From a virus (lineage: Duplodnaviria; Caudoviricetes), in the IMG/VR virus record IMGVR_UViG_3300032330_000753, positions 1 to 29,571 of that record: a stretch of DNA of 29,571 bases; one strand, written 5' to 3'. Below, piece after piece: positions 24,357 through 29,571 of the stretch. Numbering within the stretch: position 1 is the stretch's first letter; each line of letters begins with the position of its first letter. The notes under the pieces were generated by a model. The model ran no database searches. It saw only the letters and a program-made list of their open reading frames with translations, and was not told where the DNA came from. The translations under genes and the position numbers were made by a program.

Positions 24357-24380
24357 AATAATTTAGCATACATTTACAAT

Positions 24381-24599
24381 ATGGAAGCAACAGAAGAAAA
24401 AGTACCTCAAGAATTTATAGAGCAATATGCTGACGAAATCTTTACAAGGTGGAAGAAAATTCATCAAAATAAACCTCTTAAATTAATCAAACACGTCTGT
24501 ATTCTTGAAGTAGATACAATGATTAATCGTATGCAAGAACACGAAGACGTAATTGAATTTCTTCATAAAGTAAAACAAGAAATAGAAAACAAACAATAA
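24381..24599 (+). CDS. Hypothetical protein
   Basis: 72-aa ORF, coupled to the next gene. Confidence 0.7.
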   Translation: MEATEEKVPQEFIEQYADEIFTRWKKIHQNKPLKLIKHVCILEVDTMINRMQEHEDVIEFLHKVKQEIENKQ

Positions 24600-24823
24600 T
24601 GAAACAAACACCATTATACGAGTCTTTAAAAATGACTCACGACCGCGAGCGAGAAATTGTTAATTCAATTGCAACCTATTTTCAACAAGGCAAGATTCTT
24701 GGAGATATTCTTCTTGAACTTTCACAGCGGAAAGACTTAAACGCAAAAGAAAAAATATATCTTGCGCTTATGATAGGTTCAATGATGACTAAAAATAAAG
24801 AAGATGGCACAGAGCAAAACTAA
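24599..24823 (+). CDS. Hypothetical protein
   Basis: 74-aa ORF, TAATG coupling. Confidence 0.7.
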   Translation: MKQTPLYESLKMTHDREREIVNSIATYFQQGKILGDILLELSQRKDLNAKEKIYLALMIGSMMTKNKEDGTEQN

Positions 24824-24989
24824 AAAAGGAATCTGTGTGTACTTGCACAAAGACCTGTGGAATGAGATTGACGAGAAACGAGGTGAAAATAGTCGCAACA
24901 CTTTTTTAAGCGAAGCAATCCAGTTCTCAATGAAGTTTTATGTCGACGAATCTAAAGTAAAATTGACAGAACAAACGTCGACAAAATAG
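24804..24989 (+). CDS. Ribbon-helix-helix (CopG/Arc-like) regulator
   Basis: KKGICVYL strand, KDLWNEIDEKRG helix, SRNTFLSEAI helix. Confidence 0.65.
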   Translation: MAQSKTKKGICVYLHKDLWNEIDEKRGENSRNTFLSEAIQFSMKFYVDESKVKLTEQTSTK

Positions 24990-25527
24990 CGACACTTGAA
25001 GTAAACACTAAAGCGTGGTTTCTGCGCTTTTTTTGTTTCTCCAATTTCTTTTTATCAGCATTCAAAGTGTTTATTTCTTCGGTTAATATCTCCGACTTCT
25101 GTTCATAAGCAACCACCACTTCTTGTAAGTTGTTTATTTTTTCTCCTTCGATGTTTAATTGTTCTTTGAGATTGTCAATTACAAGCGAATCGGAAGCAAT
25201 TACGCTATCGCAGGAGTTGACTAAACGGATAACATCAGTCCTATAAATAGTATCTCGAACAACAATAGTAGAACGAGTTCTTTTATAGGTGGTTTTGGCT
25301 GTAAGTTGAGCGTCTTCATACGTTCGAAGTTGTTTGTAAAGTTCTATTTGTTCAGCAAGTAATCGGTCATACTCACCAGCGTTGTAGTTTATAACGCTAT
25401 CTTGTTTTTGTAGTTCAGTTGTTGCATTTTTTGCATGAACTTTTCCCCAAATGTTCCAACAAACGACCAACCAAAGGATTGATGTTCCAATAAACAATAA
25501 GATTGCTGCGAGTATATTCCTTTTCAT
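24952..25527 (-). CDS. Membrane-anchored coiled-coil protein, spanin candidate
   Basis: N- and C-terminal hydrophobic segments with a coiled coil between; last gene of the lysis cluster. Confidence 0.5.
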   Translation of the reverse strand: MKRNILAAILLFIGTSILWLVVCWNIWGKVHAKNATTELQKQDSVINYNAGEYDRLLAEQIELYKQLRTYEDAQLTAKTTYKRTRSTIVVRDTIYRTDVIRLVNSCDSVIASDSLVIDNLKEQLNIEGEKINNLQEVVVAYEQKSEILTEEINTLNADKKKLEKQKKRRNHALVFTSSVAILSTFVLSILL

Positions 25528-26522
25528 AGTATTTGTCCTTCGTGTATGCGGTAATTGTGAACGCTGAAACCACCATTTGCACCTTTGTTTACTATTGCGA
25601 AGCCGTGATTATACTTCGAATAAGGGTTGTAGTCGGGAGATAATTCAGATAAGCAACCAACACCCCAACAAGTAATAAACTTGCCGTTAGCGTCGCGCTC
25701 GTTGTGTTCTGCTGTCTGGTGATGATGTCCGCACATAGCGGACACCTTAGTCTTCATAAACAACCCACGCGCTACGTTAACCGAAGGAAGGAATTGCTTT
25801 CCAAATTCGTGTCCGTGAAAGATAGACAACTTACCAATGTTCAACTTGCTCTTTCCGTCAATCCATTTCACATCGTGTTTATCGCAATGCGTCAACGTTG
25901 GAAAGTCAAATGCGTCAATGTCGAATAATTCAGGTGCTTTGATTCGCATATATCTCCAATATCTTTCTTCGTGATTTCCTTCTTTGTAGTAAATATTTGC
26001 ATTTGGAAACGTGTGTCTAAGCGATGCGAGGAATTGACGGATAGAATATAGTTCGTCTTTGAATTTACGCTTACGCGGATCCTTTACAAAGTCACTAATC
26101 ATGTGACAGTCTAACGCGTCACCATTCAACACAATTGAATCACAGCCTTGTTTGATGCCTTCGTTGATAGCGCACTCAATTGCTTCGTTGTCTTGGTATG
26201 GAAAGTGCAAATCGCAAAGAATTAAGAACTTGTTCCCTTTCAATTCAACGTGTCGACGCTTTTTAGCGTAAGACTTAGGAAGTGCGTATGGATTGGAAGG
26301 TCGCGGTGCTGTGTCCATTAATTCTTTTTGAGTGTTATGTTTGCGACTTTTATCTCCCATTTTACCACGAACACGACGCACATAATTACGCGCGTGTTCT
26401 TGTGTTTCAAATGCCTCTGGATATTCTTCGAAAAGTTTTGTCGCTAAAGAATGAGAGGGAGCATCGGGGAATTTACTACAAATCTCCGCTGCTATTTTTC
26501 GCGCTTCCGTCTGGTGTGCCAT
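25524..26522 (-). CDS. Calcineurin-like metallophosphoesterase (start probably 26522)
   Basis: DLH, GDALD, GNHE, HGH and GHHH motifs. Confidence 0.88.
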   Translation of the reverse strand: MAHQTEARKIAAEICSKFPDAPSHSLATKLFEEYPEAFETQEHARNYVRRVRGKMGDKSRKHNTQKELMDTAPRPSNPYALPKSYAKKRRHVELKGNKFLILCDLHFPYQDNEAIECAINEGIKQGCDSIVLNGDALDCHMISDFVKDPRKRKFKDELYSIRQFLASLRHTFPNANIYYKEGNHEERYWRYMRIKAPELFDIDAFDFPTLTHCDKHDVKWIDGKSKLNIGKLSIFHGHEFGKQFLPSVNVARGLFMKTKVSAMCGHHHQTAEHNERDANGKFITCWGVGCLSELSPDYNPYSKYNHGFAIVNKGANGGFSVHNYRIHEGQIL

Positions 26523-26739
26523 TTGATTTTTGGTTTGTAAATCGTTCAATCACAGTACCACCAAACAATCCACCTGTCAACAATGCGAGTGTGTCGAACA
26601 TCGCAATGGGACAGATATAAGTAGTGAATGTTGCAATGTAACTGAAAACGATTAAGTTAATTGTAACAAATATAGCAACAATTCGTTTCGAACTAACTTT
26701 TGAACAGGATGTTAACAAAGATTTTAACCATTCCTTCAT
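26476..26739 (-). CDS. Putative holin
   Basis: 87 aa, SSKR followed by two TM helices; near the endolysin. Confidence 0.6.
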   Translation of the reverse strand: MKEWLKSLLTSCSKVSSKRIVAIFVTINLIVFSYIATFTTYICPIAMFDTLALLTGGLFGGTVIERFTNQKSNGTPDGSAKNSSGDL

Positions 26740-26984
26740 AATAGTTTCAATATGAACTGAACGATTAACCCACCAACCACACCAGCAGCGGTTGCAATAC
26801 CACCTAAACGAGCGACCTGCAAACGTTGATTCTGAATGTACTTATCGTGCTTCTGAACTTTACTCACAAGACCTTCGATTTTCATTTCATCGTCGCCAAT
26901 AAGAACGTGATAGATACGATCTATCTTCTTATTCATCTCTTGTAGTTCCTCGTGTATCAAAGCAATCTCGTTTTCGGTGTTCAT
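26736..26984 (-). CDS. Coiled-coil protein with C-terminal TM (lysis-associated)
   Basis: 82 aa, ATGA-coupled to the endolysin and holin. Confidence 0.6.
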   Translation of the reverse strand: MNTENEIALIHEELQEMNKKIDRIYHVLIGDDEMKIEGLVSKVQKHDKYIQNQRLQVARLGGIATAAGVVGGLIVQFILKLL

Positions 26985-27424
26985 TTGAAGTATAGTTGAA
27001 TTTCTGCTTCTCTGCGCTTAACTAATCCTGCTAATACTTTACCTCCACCCTTATTCCAAAGACGAAAAGAATCAGCAATTGTTGCATCGTTTGGATTGAT
27101 ATTTAATTTCTTAAATACGGATGACTTTTTGAAGTTACCCGTTCCGATATTGTACGCAAGTGAAACACAAGCACTAAATTGATTATCGTTTAAAGGTTGA
27201 AGAATGAATGGCGCAATGGTTACTGCAAATTGGTCAATAACAAATTTAGCTAATGATTCAGCACGTTCCTGAGTGATTACGTCATCTACTTTGACCTTTG
27301 TTCCGTCCTCATAAAAGGTATTTCCATATCCAATGGTTAATATATTTGCAGGACACAAATAAGCCTTCAATCGACAACCTTCAAACTTTTTAATCAGCGC
27401 GTATCCTTCAGCGTTAACTTTCAT
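26981..27424 (-). CDS. Endolysin, GH24 phage lysozyme
   Basis: FEG..L.AY.CPA...TIGYG (E-x8-C-x5-T), S.AYNIG and GL..RR.AE motifs. Confidence 0.92.
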   Translation of the reverse strand: MKVNAEGYALIKKFEGCRLKAYLCPANILTIGYGNTFYEDGTKVKVDDVITQERAESLAKFVIDQFAVTIAPFILQPLNDNQFSACVSLAYNIGTGNFKKSSVFKKLNINPNDATIADSFRLWNKGGGKVLAGLVKRREAEIQLYFK

Positions 27425-27530
27425 GCGATAATTTCTTTATTTGTTTTTCTTTTTTTGCAAGATATTTACGAAACTTTTCTTCGTATATCTTCTGCTTAAC
27501 CATGTCTTTCTTACGTCCCCTTGTAGCCAT
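27414..27530 (-). CDS. Small basic protein (38 aa, not in ORF track)
   Basis: MATRGRKKDMVKQKIYEEKFRKYLAKKEKQIKKLSHES*. Confidence 0.6.
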   Translation of the reverse strand: MATRGRKKDMVKQKIYEEKFRKYLAKKEKQIKKLSHES

Positions 27531-27544
27531 GTATTTTGTTTTAG

Positions 27545-28117
27545 TTATCTAAGCCATCCTAAACCTTGTCTGCGATATTGATAAGGCATACGGTCACGTC
27601 CATCGCTAATCTCAAACGCGTTAGACGGATATACATTTGTCTGTGACCAAATCTGTTGTGTTGTGTTTGTAGTATATTCTGGGAAGTCCGATTGATTGAA
27701 GCACAAATAATCAACCATGCGTTGAGTGTAGAACATCGCTTGTTGTCTCGCTTGATCCCGATAGTTTTGTAAGTCGGTTTGGCTTATTGGTGTAGTATCT
27801 TCGCTTGTGCGAATAACAAGACTTCCATTGTCCGTTTTAACGTACAAATGAGGCAACACTTCGTACATCGTCCACCACATAATCATTCTACGCAAGTAAT
27901 TGTCAAGAAGCGTTTCATATGCGCCTGTAACGTCGTTATTTACAACATCTTCTTTGATGCGGTTGTATAAGTCAGTTCCTAAATACAACTGTGCGTACTT
28001 GTCCTGTGAAAGATATATCGCGGGGTACATCAAAAGAGGGTCAACTGAACCGTTAATCCAAGTATATTTCTTTATGTAGTTTTCGTCAATGAGTAGAACT
28101 TCGGGTTGTAGTGCCAT
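27545..28117 (-). CDS. Putative head-tail adaptor
   Basis: 190 aa after the portal; Q....LGT.LY and YL......FPEY patterns. Confidence 0.65.
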   Translation of the reverse strand: MALQPEVLLIDENYIKKYTWINGSVDPLLMYPAIYLSQDKYAQLYLGTDLYNRIKEDVVNNDVTGAYETLLDNYLRRMIMWWTMYEVLPHLYVKTDNGSLVIRTSEDTTPISQTDLQNYRDQARQQAMFYTQRMVDYLCFNQSDFPEYTTNTTQQIWSQTNVYPSNAFEISDGRDRMPYQYRRQGLGWLR

Positions 28118-28125
28118 TGTAATGT

Positions 28126-29571
28126 TTATTTATATTTTAATGATGCTCTGTTGGGCATATCGTTAGGACGTACCGCTTCTTCGCCTTTTGGGAATAGTTC
28201 GTTTGGTATTGCGCCTGTTACAACTCTGTCATTTTTCAATCCGTCGTTAGGCAAGAATTTTCCACCTTCTCTTTTGCGGAAAAATATCTTTCTGAACCAC
28301 GCGTGGCGACAATAAACACCGCCTTTGAAAATCCAAATAGAATAGTTTGAAGAACCTTGCGGTGCGAACTCTCCATTCACTCCGTCGTTACCCATTTCAA
28401 TAATATCTTCGTAACGGAATAACGCACCTGTTTTTGAAAGCGCTACCATTTCTTGACAGAAATCACGCGTTACAATTTCTCCGTCTTTGTATGTGAAGTT
28501 CTTTGAGTAGTAGTAACGAACTTTATAAAGACCAGTATCGAGTTCTTTGCTCGCTTCATCGGGGTTTGAATAACCTCGAACACTCATAAACTCCGTACGA
28601 AACTTTTCTTCTTCGTCTGGATTAGTTACTTCTTCGTCAGAAATTAACTCCCATTCTTCTTCGTTGATATATTCCGCTTTCTCTTTAAGATAAGCCAACC
28701 ACAACGCGCTATTTTCTGCGCTTATTTTGTTCTCAGTAGTTACAACTTTTTTTTTTAATTCAGCAGTTTGAACCGTTGGTTGAACAGCAACAACTTCTTC
28801 GTTGAATGGCGAGTTCATCTCAATGTTTATATCTCCTAAAATTGGAGTGAAGACATTCTCAATAATTCTTTGGTATGGCTTAATAACTAAGTTATTGAAT
28901 ATCTCTAAACCAACAACCATTTCGTCTTTGTTACTTCCAAAGCCTGTTGTGTCTCTAATTCCGTGAATCAATGGTGATACAACGCGGTGTCCAACCATAA
29001 TTTGCTTCGCTGTTTCTTCACTTAAGAATTGATATTGCTTGTCAGCATCTGAAAGTGGAAATGATTCTATCTGTGGAGCGCGTGCTGGATCTTCGTTGAA
29101 AGTCATTAAGAATTTACCTGCGTTACTTGCACCGCTTAAACGAGTTTCCCATTCGCGACGAATAGCTTCGCGTTCTTCTTTTTGCGGTATACCATTCAAA
29201 AAGTTAATGATAAACGAAGGAAATAATCCGTTTAATATATTGTTAACGTGGTAAAGTCCCATTTGGTAGCTTAACTCAACGTAGTTCAACGCACCGAAGT
29301 AGTCGGGCTTCGCATAATACGAACTCCCTGCCATCATTCCGTGTGCGTAAATTACTTGACGCGGTTGTTCTTGTGCGATGGACGGGTTGAATGAAGGAAT
29401 GAACTCAGGCTTTCCTTTCTTGCTGCGATAGTTAGCCCAGTCGCGAGAATACCAAATTCCTGTAATGTCTTCTTCTTCTTTATCATATGCAAGGCGACAG
29501 TTCTCAAATGGTAAGTGATTAATTTTAACAACACGAGTAAAATCCATTGACCAAATTACTTCGGCACAAAA
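28126..29571 (-). CDS. Portal protein (566 aa in total) with a C-terminal MuF/minor-head-like domain
   Basis: YY..PDY, N....G..PS and SGA.NAGK portal motifs; C-terminal KVRY.Y, RDFC and KGG.YCRH.W. Confidence 0.85.
   Translation of the reverse strand, partial: FCAEVIWSMDFTRVVKINHLPFENCRLAYDKEEEDITGIWYSRDWANYRSKKGKPEFIPSFNPSIAQEQPRQVIYAHGMMAGSSYYAKPDYFGALNYVELSYQMGLYHVNNILNGLFPSFIINFLNGIPQKEEREAIRREWETRLSGASNAGKFLMTFNEDPARAPQIESFPLSDADKQYQFLSEETAKQIMVGHRVVSPLIHGIRDTTGFGSNKDEMVVGLEIFNNLVIKPYQRIIENVFTPILGDINIEMNSPFNEEVVAVQPTVQTAELKKKVVTTENKISAENSALWLAYLKEKAEYINEEEWELISDEEVTNPDEEEKFRTEFMSVRGYSNPDEASKELDTGLYKVRYYYSKNFTYKDGEIVTRDFCQEMVALSKTGALFRYEDIIEMGNDGVNGEFAPQGSSNYSIWIFKGGVYCRHAWFRKIFFRKREGGKFLPNDGLKNDRVVTGAIPNELFPKGEEAVRPNDMPNRASLKYK
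29449..29571. repeat. Terminal direct repeat, right copy
   Basis: Identical to 1-123. Confidence 0.97.

Noticed and set aside
24362-24376. TTTAGCATA shared with the early promoter (17511-17519) plus degenerate TACATTTA
   Set aside because: Short and AT-rich with an imperfect -7 element; insufficient support for a promoter call
1-29571. CRISPR array, tRNA genes, introns/inteins or alternative genetic code
   Set aside because: No spaced repeats or cloverleafs seen by eye; core genes are uninterrupted and of normal length in the standard code

Overview
The window is an apparently complete circular tailed-phage genome of about 29.45 kb. Bases 1-123 repeat exactly at 29449-29571 and the portal ORF reads in frame across the join. 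Bacteroidota-type TAnnTTTG promoters, A-rich translation starts without obvious Shine-Dalgarno sites and the gene families point to a Bacteroidota (Flavobacteria-like) host (inference). Transcription is divergent from about 17.5 kb. The + arm (17575-24989) carries early/replication genes: an SSB-like protein, a DnaA domain-IV protein, an initiator-like protein, a C5 methyltransferase and, unusually, TerL. The - arm carries VRR-NUC, an ECF-like sigma factor, TerS-like, tail, head, portal and lysis genes. I recognise no integrase, polymerase, primase, helicase, tRNA or CRISPR array. The most interesting signals are: (i) two small promoter-to-terminator RNA units 13 kb apart that share an identical promoter 11-mer and a 14-nt seed, one of which looks like an attenuator in front of the morphogenesis operon; (ii) a 51-aa peptide ending like the ribonucleotide reductase C-terminal CxxC tail; (iii) a duplicated TerL 5' end forming a chimeric gene; (iv) slippery homopolymer runs in the portal/MuF-like gene and the tail chaperone gene. 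All functional calls come from motif recognition by eye, without database searches.
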